From Pseudomonadota bacterium (GTDB taxonomy: Bacteria > Pseudomonadota > Gammaproteobacteria > Ga0077536), in the NCBI GenBank assembly GCA_043782755.1, contig JAYWAC010000001.1, positions 1-52,701 of the forward strand: a DNA stretch of 52,701 nt, in the 5' to 3' direction. Position 1 is the stretch's first letter. The number at the start of each line of letters is the position of its first letter. Below the pieces are notes generated by a model. That model made no database searches, was not told where the DNA came from, and saw nothing but the letters and a program-made list of their open reading frames with translations. A program made the position numbers and the translations under genes. Below are positions 1 through 9,520 of this stretch, piece by piece.

Positions 1-17
1 CGACGAAGCGCGTCTGA

Positions 18-1157
18 TCAGGCGGCCTTGACCGCAGTCGCCGCGAAGGACGGCGCGCCGTCCACATCAGTGTCGAACAGCGGACGGTGACCGAGATTCT
101 TCAACGCCGGCACCACTTCCTTGGCAAACAACTCCATGTTGCCGCGTGCCACGGACTCGGACATGCCGGCGTAACTGAACACGCCGGTAAAGCCGCAGCA
201 GTCGGTGCGCGAATGAATGTCTTTGATCTTGTCGAGGCACTGGGTCGGCGTGCCCCACACCTGCAAGTTCATGAAGAACTCCGTAACGGCGTCGACGCCC
301 TGGCTGCCGATGGTGTCGGTCATACGCTTGTAGTACTCATAGCCCTTGGTCTGTTCGAAATGGCTACCACCCATTTCGTAGTGCTTGACCACCGAGTGCC
401 AGTAGCCGCCGATGTATTTGCGTGCCATTTCTTCGGCGCGACCGGCATCCTTGTCGCAGGCCACCCAGCCGGCCACATAGGGACGCGGCGGTGCGACGCC
501 CTGTTGCTGACGAAACACGTCGGCGTAGTCCTTGAGTTCCTTGGCATGCTCTTCCCAAGGCTTCTGCGGAATGACCAGGATGCCGAGGCCGAGGCGCGCC
601 ATGATCAATGAGGATTCCGGCGATACCGCAGCGGCATAGGTGCGGTTCTTGAACGATCGGAAAGGCTCGGGGCGGATACGGGCCTTGGGCTGTTTGATGT
701 ACTGCCCATCGTATTCGCAATAGCCTTGCTCCAGACCTTGCAGAATGGTTTCCGCAGATTCGATAAAGCGCTCGCGCGATTCACCCATCGGCACGCGGAA
801 GCCTTCGAATTCAACGCGGCCGAGGCCACGGCCGATGCCGAGCAGAGTGCGGCCATCCGACATGCAATCGAGCATCGCGACCTTTTCCGCGACGCGCATC
901 GGGTCGTTCCAAGGCAGCACGATGACCATGGTGCCGAGCTTGACCTTCTTGCACTGGCCGCCGACGAAGGACAGGAATTGGGTGACATCGGGCGTCATGG
1001 TGTAGTCGGTGAAATGGTGTTCGACACCCCACACCGATTCGAAGCCGAGGCTCTCGGCGCTGAGCGCGAGACGCATGTCCTGCTGATAGATGGCGTAGTC
1101 GCTGACGCCGCTGTCCCGTCCCGGATTCTGGAAAATTGCAGCCATTCCAACGTGCAT
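18..1157 (-). CDS. LLM-class (luciferase-like) flavin-dependent oxidoreductase
   Basis: 379-aa ORF with the N-terminal LLM pattern (LGFESVWGVEHHF). GGGGAG lies 8 nt upstream of the ATG at 1157. Confidence 0.8.
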   Translation of the reverse strand: MHVGMAAIFQNPGRDSGVSDYAIYQQDMRLALSAESLGFESVWGVEHHFTDYTMTPDVTQFLSFVGGQCKKVKLGTMVIVLPWNDPMRVAEKVAMLDCMSDGRTLLGIGRGLGRVEFEGFRVPMGESRERFIESAETILQGLEQGYCEYDGQYIKQPKARIRPEPFRSFKNRTYAAAVSPESSLIMARLGLGILVIPQKPWEEHAKELKDYADVFRQQQGVAPPRPYVAGWVACDKDAGRAEEMARKYIGGYWHSVVKHYEMGGSHFEQTKGYEYYKRMTDTIGSQGVDAVTEFFMNLQVWGTPTQCLDKIKDIHSRTDCCGFTGVFSYAGMSESVARGNMELFAKEVVPALKNLGHRPLFDTDVDGAPSFAATAVKAA

Positions 1158-1273
1158 AAGAGGAACTCCCCGGCGTGCGCCGACTGTGTTTGCATTGAGC
1201 GCGCTAGTAGACGGATCGACTTCCCAGCCGTCAACCGTACACGATATGGGGTGGTGCTCGCTGGCGTCCGGCC

Positions 1274-2092
1274 TCAGTCAAAAAACGCGACGGTGCGCAC
1301 TTCGATGCTGCGACGTGGCGGTGAGCCCGCCGGCGCGCTGGGATCATGAAAGGCGCAATGGGCGGTATAGCGGGCTGCGATCTGCCGGGCCGAGTCAAAG
1401 CATTTCAGCAGCAAGGCCTCGTCGGGTTGCAGGCGCGATTGGTAGAACCAGCGATGACGGGCGCGGTAGCGGGCGCTGTAGACCTCGCCCGTGCGCTGCG
1501 CATAGCGCAGATCGGTGGGCACGAAATCCTCGGGCGCGAGACTGGCGCCATCGCAGATCGCCAGCGGCACGTCGATTGCGGCGACCTCCACCGGTCGCCA
1601 CAGATTGATGAAAACGAAACGCCCCGTGCCCGGCGCGCCGCCCGGAAACAAGTCTCGAACCCGCTGTGGGGCGGACTTCTCGGTGTAGTCGTTGTGCACG
1701 AAGCGCACAGGCTCGCTGACGCCGCTACCGGGCTGGCGGGCGAGCGCCTTGTCGCGCAGGTTGTAGTCGAAAGCATGCACGTGACAGGCACCGGTCGCGG
1801 CACGTACCGCCTCCTCGCATTCGGCGAAATAGTCTTCGCTAACGGCGATAGGGTCGAAGAAATCACGGTGGGCGCTTGGCGCACGAAGAAAAGTGAAGCC
1901 GTTGTCGTCAAGGCTGGGCCGCAGCGTGGCGTTACGCAGATCGTGGATGGGCACGGTGTACTTGGCCATCACCGGTGGTGGCGGCGCGGCGTGAGTCGCC
2001 TGTAGATCGACGCCGGGATGGCTCGCACCTTCGGCCAGATAATTCAGGACCGCGTTGACGTGGCGCAGGGCAGTGGTATCGAGCACAGGCAT
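1274..2092 (-). CDS. CmcJ/NvfI-family (AsaB-like) oxidoreductase-like protein
   Basis: Blocks VHNDYTEKSAPQRVRD, INLWRP and PLAICD match my recall of this family. Start trimmed to MPVLDTT (ATG at 2092) because the longer ORF would run into the divergent ABC gene. Confidence 0.6.
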   Translation of the reverse strand: MPVLDTTALRHVNAVLNYLAEGASHPGVDLQATHAAPPPPVMAKYTVPIHDLRNATLRPSLDDNGFTFLRAPSAHRDFFDPIAVSEDYFAECEEAVRAATGACHVHAFDYNLRDKALARQPGSGVSEPVRFVHNDYTEKSAPQRVRDLFPGGAPGTGRFVFINLWRPVEVAAIDVPLAICDGASLAPEDFVPTDLRYAQRTGEVYSARYRARHRWFYQSRLQPDEALLLKCFDSARQIAARYTAHCAFHDPSAPAGSPPRRSIEVRTVAFFD

Positions 2093-2200
2093 CGCGAACT
2101 CCAGACGTGAGCGGGGTTCGGACGAGAATGGCGCAAGGGCGCGGTCGGGGCAACGTCCAAGCGCACCGCTATACTGCCGGCCCTCAGACCAGGACTGGCC

Positions 2201-4036
2201 ATGTCTCCTCCCATTCGTCCCACCGCCGGTCATGCCGGTGACGGCGCTTTTCACTGGCGTGCCTTGCGTGGACTCGCGCCCTATCTATGGCCGTCCAAAG
2301 CACCGCGCACCCGCGCCCGTGTGCTGCTCGCGCTCACCCTGCTGACTGGCGCCAAGCTCGCGACCGTCTATGTGCCGCTGCTCTACCGGCGCATGATCGA
2401 CATGCTGGCAGATCCCGCGCGCCTGCCGCTCGAATTGCCGCTGGCGCTGTTGGTGTCCTACGGCAGTCTGCGGCTCATGCAGATAGTGTTCGCCGAGCTG
2501 CGCGACGCGGTGTTTGCCAAGGTTGCCCAGGCCGCCATCCGCGATGTCGCGCTTACTACCTTTCGTCACCTCCACGCACTGGCCTTGCGCTTTCATCTCG
2601 ATCGACAGACCGGCGGCTTGTCGCGCGCCATCGAGCGCGGCACCAAGGGCATCGATTTCCTGTTGTCCTTCATGCTGTTCAACATCATCCCGACCTTGAT
2701 CGAAATAGGCCTGGTCTGCGGCATCCTGTGGGTCTTATTCGATGCACGCTATGCGGTGGTGACTTTCGCCACCATCGTTGGTTATATCGCCTACACGCTG
2801 ACGGTCACCGAGAAGCGCACCCACCATCGGCGGCGCATGAATGAGACCGACAGCCAGGCCAACACCCGCGCCATCGACAGCCTACTCAACTATGAGACGG
2901 TGAAATATTTCGGCAACGAACAATTCGAGGCGCGCCGCTACGACGAAGCGCTGCGCCGCTACGAGCGCGCAGCAGTCTCAAGCAAGCGGTCCTTGGCGCT
3001 GCTGAATATCGGCCAGGCGGCAATCATCGGCGTCGGTCTGACGGTGGTGATGGCGATGGCGGGGCAGGGCGTATTGCAACATCGCATGACGGTCGGCGAT
3101 TTCGTGTTGGTGAACACCTATCTCATTCAGCTCTATATCCCGCTCAACTTCCTCGGCTTCGTCTATCGTGAGATGAAGCAGTCCTTGATCGACATGGAAT
3201 CCATGTTTCAGCTGCTAGCCGTCGACAGCGAGGTGCGCGACCCACCGCATGCCGCATCGTTGCCGACGGGCCCAGGGCGCGTGGATTTCGACCATGTAAG
3301 CTTCGCCTACGACCCGCGACGCCCGATACTGCGGGACTTGAGTTTCAGTGTGGCGCCCGGCGCGAAACTCGCCATCGTCGGTGCCAGCGGTGCGGGTAAA
3401 TCGACGATCGCGCGGCTGCTGTTCCGCTTCTACGACGTCAGCAGCGGCGCGATACGCATCGATGGCGTCGATATTCGCGAGGTCAGTCAACACAGTCTGC
3501 GTGAGGCGCTCGGCGTGGTACCGCAGGACACCGTGCTGTTCAACGACACGCTCTACTACAACATCCTCTATGGACGACCCACAGCCAGCGAAAGCGAAGT
3601 GCACGAGGCTGCCGAGCTGGCCCAGATCGGTGCTTTCATCAGTGCTGCGCCCGATGGTTTCGCGACCCTGGTCGGCGAACGTGGGCTCAAATTGTCAGGC
3701 GGCGAGAAACAACGCGTCGCGATCGCACGCACCATCCTCAAACGTCCGCGCGTGCTGATCTTCGACGAGGCGACGTCGGCGCTTGATACGCACACCGAGC
3801 GGGAAATTCAGGCGGCGCTGAAGGAAGTGTCGCGCGGGCACACCACCCTCGTCATCGCCCATCGTCTGTCGACGGTGGTCGATGCTGACGAGATCATGGT
3901 GCTGGACGACGGCGTGATTGCCGAACGTGGTTCCCATACCGCGCTACTGGCGGCCGACGGGCTTTATGCGCACATGTGGCGGCGTCAGCAGGAAAACGAA
4001 GCGGACAGGGCGATAATCCCCCGCGCTGATCGCTAG
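2201..4036 (+). CDS. Atm1/ABCB7/HMT1-type ABC exporter (fused permease-ATPase)
   Basis: 611 aa with an N-terminal 6-TM domain. Walker A GASGAGKST, signature LSGGEKQR, Walker B VLIFDEATSALD. TMD blocks LFNIIPTLIEIG and NYETVKYF are typical of Atm1-type exporters (recall). Confidence 0.85.
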   Translation: MSPPIRPTAGHAGDGAFHWRALRGLAPYLWPSKAPRTRARVLLALTLLTGAKLATVYVPLLYRRMIDMLADPARLPLELPLALLVSYGSLRLMQIVFAELRDAVFAKVAQAAIRDVALTTFRHLHALALRFHLDRQTGGLSRAIERGTKGIDFLLSFMLFNIIPTLIEIGLVCGILWVLFDARYAVVTFATIVGYIAYTLTVTEKRTHHRRRMNETDSQANTRAIDSLLNYETVKYFGNEQFEARRYDEALRRYERAAVSSKRSLALLNIGQAAIIGVGLTVVMAMAGQGVLQHRMTVGDFVLVNTYLIQLYIPLNFLGFVYREMKQSLIDMESMFQLLAVDSEVRDPPHAASLPTGPGRVDFDHVSFAYDPRRPILRDLSFSVAPGAKLAIVGASGAGKSTIARLLFRFYDVSSGAIRIDGVDIREVSQHSLREALGVVPQDTVLFNDTLYYNILYGRPTASESEVHEAAELAQIGAFISAAPDGFATLVGERGLKLSGGEKQRVAIARTILKRPRVLIFDEATSALDTHTEREIQAALKEVSRGHTTLVIAHRLSTVVDADEIMVLDDGVIAERGSHTALLAADGLYAHMWRRQQENEADRAIIPRADR

Positions 4037-4242
4037 AACCGCTATGGTCCGTGCTTGAGTGGCGCTGCCGCGTCGTCGCGGTTGCCGTAGCCCAATGTAA
4101 AACATTCCCCGTAACGAACGAGAAGGCTTGCCGAGTGCGGCGGGTGTCGTCAATCATGGCTAGGTCGGCGACCGTGTTGAGCGGGACGTCACCGCGTTGG
4201 AGCAATGGCCAGGGCACACCAACAACGAGTGAGAGTGGCGCA

Positions 4243-4614
4243 ATGAATGACAAAATGATTAAACACAACGTGCTTGGCCTTGCTCTGGCGCTCGCTGTCA
4301 CGCTGCCTGCACAGGCCGCTAACGAAAGCCACGGGCTGCGTGTGGTCGCGGTCCACGGCTATGGGCTCGGCCGTATCACCCTGGTCGAGGCGCGTATTTC
4401 GCGCACGCTGGCCAACCGCGTGCTGTCGCCACAGCGTCTGCGTGTCGCGATCGTGGCGGCCGATGGCACGGTGCGCGCCGAGCGGCAACGTCTGGTCGGG
4501 CCGGCGCAGATGACGCGCGGCAGTGCCCGCGAAACTTATCTCACCACGCAGCTCGAGGTACTGGCCGCGCCGCAAGACCGTCTGGTGGTCGAATGGGTGA
4601 CGACCACGCTCTAA
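4243..4614 (+). CDS. small secreted hypothetical protein
   Basis: Start trimmed to MNDKMIKHNVLGLALALAVTLPAQA, a signal peptide with an AQA cleavage motif. No family recognised. Confidence 0.45.
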   Translation: MNDKMIKHNVLGLALALAVTLPAQAANESHGLRVVAVHGYGLGRITLVEARISRTLANRVLSPQRLRVAIVAADGTVRAERQRLVGPAQMTRGSARETYLTTQLEVLAAPQDRLVVEWVTTTL

Positions 4615-4620
4615 GCGGAA

Positions 4621-5799
4621 CTACAGCGCGACTTGCAAGCGCACGCCAAGGATCAAGGCATTGTCGATACGGCTGTCCGTACCGGGATCGATGATGTACT
4701 GCAGATCCGGCTGCACGGTCAGCCATGGCCTGGGTGTGATCAGATAACTCGCTTCGAGTGTGGTCTCGGCCTGTACAAAGGCGGGATTCAGACGTTTGAA
4801 ATGGTCGCCGTTGCGCGCATGAGCTACAGCCAGACCCGCGACATCTTCCGCACGCTGTGGGAAGGGACCGGTCCAGGTCACACCGCCGCCGACATAGGTC
4901 GAAATCTGGTTGCGGTCGCCATCGGCGCAGCCGATCTGAGTGAAAACGCCCACGCCGCGGCCATCTTCTGCCCGCCACAGATCCGTTTCGCCGATGGCAT
5001 ACAGGCCCGAATTGTCGTCGCGTGGTTGGCCGTCGAGGTCAGTAATGTTGGCGGTGCGGTGCCAGCCGCCGACGCCGAGTTTGTAGTATTTCGCTTGATC
5101 TCCGAGCAGGCCTGCTTCGGCGATCACGAATACCCCGTCGCCATGATCGAAACTGATATGGGTGCCATAGGGATCCTTGGGATCACCCGCCACGCCATCG
5201 TAGATCGCCGCCAACAAATAGGTATTGGGCGTCCAGTTGAGGCGCATGCGCACGCCCACTGAGGTGCTTGGAAAGATCGAGGGGCCCACCTGCGCGACCT
5301 CGGGACCAAGGCCAAACGAGCTGTTGAGGAACATGCCGCTGTGTTCGGTGACATAGAAGTCGGTATTGATATCGTGCAGGCCGACCAGCACGCCTACGCG
5401 ACCGTCCAAGAAGCGGTGCTCGTAGGTGGCTTCGAACACCTTGAAGGTGTTGGGCGCCTCGATATTGCTCAGCCCTTGCAGATCACCAGCGCGCCGGCTC
5501 GGGGAGCCACCGGCATTGCCGAGCAGATAGAGCTGCAAGCTGCCGTTGCTCCACCAGCCGGCGTTGCCGGTGTCGAGGGTAAATACCATGTCGAAGTTCG
5601 CCGGCGTCGCCACGCCGCGCGAAATACCGCCATCGACTATTGCCATCAAGTCGGCGCTGGCAACGAACTCCATGTCCAGACCGCGATCAGCCAGCGCCTG
5701 GCGCTGACCGCCCCAGCCCCCCAGCAACCAGGCCGCGTCCTCGGCCAAGGCCGTCCCCGTCCACAGGCCGCAAGCAATGATGGCTGCGACGGACTTCAT
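4621..5799 (-). CDS. OprB-family carbohydrate-selective porin
   Basis: Start trimmed to MKSVAAIIACGLWTGTALA (signal peptide). The N-terminal LLGGWGG..R..L...G block and beta-barrel-like composition fit OprB (recall). Confidence 0.7.
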   Translation of the reverse strand: MKSVAAIIACGLWTGTALAEDAAWLLGGWGGQRQALADRGLDMEFVASADLMAIVDGGISRGVATPANFDMVFTLDTGNAGWWSNGSLQLYLLGNAGGSPSRRAGDLQGLSNIEAPNTFKVFEATYEHRFLDGRVGVLVGLHDINTDFYVTEHSGMFLNSSFGLGPEVAQVGPSIFPSTSVGVRMRLNWTPNTYLLAAIYDGVAGDPKDPYGTHISFDHGDGVFVIAEAGLLGDQAKYYKLGVGGWHRTANITDLDGQPRDDNSGLYAIGETDLWRAEDGRGVGVFTQIGCADGDRNQISTYVGGGVTWTGPFPQRAEDVAGLAVAHARNGDHFKRLNPAFVQAETTLEASYLITPRPWLTVQPDLQYIIDPGTDSRIDNALILGVRLQVAL

Positions 5800-5801
5800 C
5801 C

Positions 5802-8432
5802 CTAGAACTGGTTCCAGACCTCGTCGCCGTTGGTGACATTGCCCCGCCGCGATGCAGCGGTTACCGGTGCCGTGGTGCTGTTGTCGTGCCACGGACGGCT
5901 GAGCTTGCGACGTTCGTTGGCGAGCCGGGCGCTGGTCGTCGGCGGTGCCATCATTTCCCTAGCGCCACCGTTGAAGAAGGACATGAGTTCACTCAATGCG
6001 CGCGTCTCGTCGTCCATCGATTCGCTGGCGGCGGTCGCTTCCTCGACCAGGGCCGCGTTCTGCTGCGTGACTTCGTCGAGCTGGGTAAGCGCCTTGTTGA
6101 CCTGTTCGATACCACTCAACTGTTCTTCGGACGCGGCCGTGATCTCGGCAATGATGTCGCTGACACTCTTCACCGCGCTAACGATGTCGCGCAGCGTGCT
6201 GCCCGAATCGTTGACCAGCTGGGTACCATGGTTGACCTTGTCGACGCTGTCGCCGATGAGATCCTTGATTTCGCGGGCCGCTGCTGCGCTGTTCTGTGCG
6301 AGGTTGCGCACTTCGCTCGCCACCACCGCGAAGCCGCGACCCTGCTCACCGGCACGCGCGGCTTCGACTGCGGCGTTCAAGGCCAGCAGATTGGTTTGAA
6401 AGGCGATGCCATCGATGACCGAAATGATGTCGGCAATCTTGCTGCTGGCCGAGTTGATGGCGCTCATGGCGTTGATGGCGTCGGCCACCACCTTGCCGCC
6501 CTTCTCGGCTTCCGCGCGCGCCGAGGAGGCGAGCTGGTTAGCCTGGCGAGCATTCTCGGTGTTTTCCTGCACGCGGCTGGTCAACGACTGAATGGCGGCC
6601 GAGGTTTCTTCGATCGACGCCGCCTGTTCCTGGGTGCGACGATTCAGATCCTGGTTGCCCTTGGCGATTTCGGTGGCCGAGGTGCCGATGCTGTTGGCTG
6701 AGTGGCCGATGCGCGTGACCATGTTGGCGAGATTTGAGACTGAGGCGTCCATGGCATCGCGCAGCACCGCGAATTCGCCGCGATATTCGCCTTCCATGCG
6801 ACCGCCGAGATCACCCATCGCGAGGCCGGTCATGACGTCGCGCGCGGCGCTGACCGGGCCCGCCATGGCATCAAGCATGGCGTTCATGCCGGCGACTATC
6901 TTGCGGAAGTCGCCCCAATGGCGGTCGAGTTCGGCGCGCTTGTCGAGCTGACCTGCAGCGGCTGCATCGACCAGGGTGGTGGCGTCTTCGATCATGGCGC
7001 GCAGCACGTCGCTGCAGGTATTGAGATTCGATTTGATATCGTTGAAAGCGCCGTGGAACTCGGTGGTGATCGGCGCCGGTATCTTGCCGTCGGCGATACC
7101 CTTCAGATGTTCGGCGGCGACGTTCAGCGGCGCGGTGATAGCGTCCATCATGTGGTTGACCGATTCGGCCAGCGCGCGGGTAAAACCGCGAAAGCTGTCG
7201 GCGTTCAAGCGGCTGTCGAGGCGGCCCGCGATGGCGTCGCCGAGCACCGACTGAATTTGACGCTCGGCCTCGCGTTGCTCGGTCAACTCGACCCATTCAC
7301 AGACCACGCCCAGGCGTTCACCATGATCGCCACGCACCGGTGTGGCGGTGACGCTGAAGGTCTTACCACCCAGCAATAGTTCATCACTACGCGGTGCGCT
7401 CAGGCGTTCCAACGCGGCGTAGACGGCGCGGTCGGTGTAGAACTGTTCGATGCCGCGATCTGTCATGGCCTTGGCATCGAAGCCCGGCAGGTCGCGTTTG
7501 ATGTCCGTGGCATAGCGCTCGAACATGGCGCGCGCGGTGTCGTTGACGTAGACCACTTCCAATGCGTCGTTGCTCAGCACCACATTGGCGGCGGCCGCGT
7601 TCAGCGCTTGCTGAACACGTAACGCGGCGTTGGCGCGCTCTTGCTCAAGCTTGCGCTTGGCATCCAGATCGTCCAGCACACCGTTGAACGCGGTCTGCAC
7701 TGATTCGAACTCGTGACGGAAACCATCCAGGCGGGTTGCACTGCCGTCGGCACGGCGCAAGCCTTCGATGGCGGCGCGCAACTGCTGGAGTGGTGTGATG
7801 ATGCCGCGCACCAAGAACATGGAAACCATCATCGCGGCCAGTGCCGAGGCGATGAAGACGCCCACGATCCAGCGACTGCCGGTTGCCGCCATGCCGTCGG
7901 CCTCGCGCTCCGCCCGGGTGGCGTCCTGCTCGACGAGATCAGAGAGATTGGACAGGCGCCCTTCGAGGACTTTGAAGGCGGCCAGAAACGCCGGCATCTT
8001 GGCTTCGGCGGCGTCGATATCCTTGAACGCTAAGCCGGTTATTTCATGCGCGGCGTCGGCATAGGAACCGAGCGACGGACGCAGCTCTTCGATCGCCTTC
8101 TTGATCTCGCTCGGCAGCGGCAGGGCTGCGTTCTTGTCGACGTGTTCGCGAAACGAAGCGATGTGTTGTTCGATGTCAGCGAGGACCTGCTTATGCGTTT
8201 CTTCGTCGTGATTGTGACCGGCACGCAAGGCTGACAGCACGTCGGCGCGCAGTGCGTCGTGCATCATGTCGCTTTCCATATGGTTGCGCAGCGCACCGAG
8301 CTTGATGTTGACACTCATGAGTGCGTCACCGAGCTTGGTTTCGCTCTGGTAGCCCACCAGTCCGACGATGAGCGTGGCGACCATGCCGAAAGCCGCGAAG
8401 GCCCATAGTTTCTGTTTGACGCCCAGTTGCAT
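5802..8432 (-). CDS. methyl-accepting chemotaxis protein (4HB-type sensor, HAMP, PAS, repeated HAMP-like segments, MA domain)
   Basis: Highly conserved signalling hairpin [37 protein letters not shown]. Two TM segments flank a ~190-aa periplasmic region. C-terminus ends in ...VWNQF. Start trimmed to [10 protein letters not shown] (ATG at 8432). Confidence 0.9.
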   Translation of the reverse strand: MQLGVKQKLWAFAAFGMVATLIVGLVGYQSETKLGDALMSVNIKLGALRNHMESDMMHDALRADVLSALRAGHNHDEETHKQVLADIEQHIASFREHVDKNAALPLPSEIKKAIEELRPSLGSYADAAHEITGLAFKDIDAAEAKMPAFLAAFKVLEGRLSNLSDLVEQDATRAEREADGMAATGSRWIVGVFIASALAAMMVSMFLVRGIITPLQQLRAAIEGLRRADGSATRLDGFRHEFESVQTAFNGVLDDLDAKRKLEQERANAALRVQQALNAAAANVVLSNDALEVVYVNDTARAMFERYATDIKRDLPGFDAKAMTDRGIEQFYTDRAVYAALERLSAPRSDELLLGGKTFSVTATPVRGDHGERLGVVCEWVELTEQREAERQIQSVLGDAIAGRLDSRLNADSFRGFTRALAESVNHMMDAITAPLNVAAEHLKGIADGKIPAPITTEFHGAFNDIKSNLNTCSDVLRAMIEDATTLVDAAAAGQLDKRAELDRHWGDFRKIVAGMNAMLDAMAGPVSAARDVMTGLAMGDLGGRMEGEYRGEFAVLRDAMDASVSNLANMVTRIGHSANSIGTSATEIAKGNQDLNRRTQEQAASIEETSAAIQSLTSRVQENTENARQANQLASSARAEAEKGGKVVADAINAMSAINSASSKIADIISVIDGIAFQTNLLALNAAVEAARAGEQGRGFAVVASEVRNLAQNSAAAAREIKDLIGDSVDKVNHGTQLVNDSGSTLRDIVSAVKSVSDIIAEITAASEEQLSGIEQVNKALTQLDEVTQQNAALVEEATAASESMDDETRALSELMSFFNGGAREMMAPPTTSARLANERRKLSRPWHDNSTTAPVTAASRRGNVTNGDEVWNQF

Positions 8433-8528
8433 GGCCAACTCCAGTAGGTCTGATTCGAGGACGCGACTCCCGCGCTGTCGAGCCGGTCCGATCCAGCGAT
8501 GAGTGAGGCTAAGGTAAATCGCTACTCG

Positions 8529-8556
8529 ATAGCGGCGCCGACGGTGTGCGGCTTTA
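8529..8556 (-). promoter_or_regulatory. putative sigma28 (FliA) promoter of the chemoreceptor gene
   Basis: Minus strand reads TAAAGCCG-N12-GCCGCTAT, about 97 nt upstream of the trimmed MCP start. The spacing is identical to the fliC promoter in this window. Confidence 0.5.
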
Positions 8557-8642
8557 GCGTGGTGCGGCAAAGTTTGCCGGCTAGCGACGGTCGCTCAATT
8601 CGCGCGGCTAGAATCAAGTCTCCACCGCCGGCGAGGAGGGCG

Positions 8643-8841
8643 CATGAGTGTCGGAATGAGAGGGGTGCGGGTGTTATTGGCGGTGTGGGTGCTTTAGGTG
8701 ATCGGCATGTACAACGGACGGGTCGCGGGCAGGAATCGATTCAAGAACGCATTCGCGCAAATCGATGTGCCTTTGCAACGGCGCTATGACCTGATGCCGA
8801 ATCTGCTCGAAGCGGCGAAGGGCTACATGGCGCACGAACAC
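8643..8841 (+). pseudogene. LemA-family gene remnant (frameshifted and 3'-truncated)
   Basis: ATG at 8643 encodes a TM-like MSVGMRGVRVLLAVWVL and then meets TAG at 8694-8696. The +1 frame from 8698 continues with the LemA core [44 protein letters not shown]. Similarity stops near 8841, and the rest of the ORF is antisense to the GST gene. Confidence 0.6.
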
Positions 8842-8884
8842 CCGTGCTCACGACGGCGTTGTCGTCGTGAGCTTTTGAGCGTAC

Positions 8885-9520
8885 TTAAGCCTGGGCGCTG
8901 GGACGCGCTGAAACTTTGGCGTACCACGCCAGGCTGTGGGTGTTCTCGGGCGGAATGGCGAATTTTATCCAGGCCACGAAGTCGACGGTGCACAGGGCCG
9001 TGATGTCGGCCATGGTGTAGACATCGCCGGCGACGAATTCGTTTTCGCTAAGATAGCTCTCCAGCCACTTGAAGAAGCGTGCGAGGGATTGCGTGCCACG
9101 CGCGATGAGGCCTGGAATGGCCGGGATCGGTTCACCGCCACCGCCCGGAATGGAGCGCTGCGCGAATTTCTCGTGCTGGTTACGGAATATTTCGGAGCCG
9201 GCAATCATGCCGTCGAATTCCATCTTGCGCTGACGCGATTCGACCAGTGCTTGTTCCTTAGCGTTGCGGCCAAGTAATGCCGGTTGTGGCTGCACGGCCT
9301 CGAAGTAACGACAGATGGCCATCACTTCGTCAAAGCGCGTGCCGTCGTCAAGTTCCAACGTCGGCAGCAGGCCGTGCGGATTGATGGCGAGAAAGGCGGG
9401 GGCGAGATTCTCACCTTCGAAGAGGTTGATCTCGATGGTCGGCAGAACAATATTTTTCTCGGCCAGAAAAATTCGCGCGCGGCGCGGATTGGGCGCCATG
9501 GCACAGTCATACAGCTTCAT
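8885..9520 (-). CDS. glutathione S-transferase
   Basis: Start trimmed to [22 protein letters not shown]. The thioredoxin-like N-domain contains [15 protein letters not shown], followed by a helical C-domain. Confidence 0.85.
   Translation of the reverse strand: MKLYDCAMAPNPRRARIFLAEKNIVLPTIEINLFEGENLAPAFLAINPHGLLPTLELDDGTRFDEVMAICRYFEAVQPQPALLGRNAKEQALVESRQRKMEFDGMIAGSEIFRNQHEKFAQRSIPGGGGEPIPAIPGLIARGTQSLARFFKWLESYLSENEFVAGDVYTMADITALCTVDFVAWIKFAIPPENTHSLAWYAKVSARPSAQA

Noticed and set aside
8433-8570. N-terminal extensions of maximal ORFs (MCP to 8570; also 5800-5892, 9521-9805, 11358-11492, 17168-17230, 17568-17753, 19372-19512, 41068-41265, 41192-41446, 44183-44269)
   Set aside because: The extensions are Arg-rich and lack signal or TM features. 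They overlap neighbouring genes or promoters, and an internal Met gives the expected family N-terminus, often with a signal peptide or RBS.
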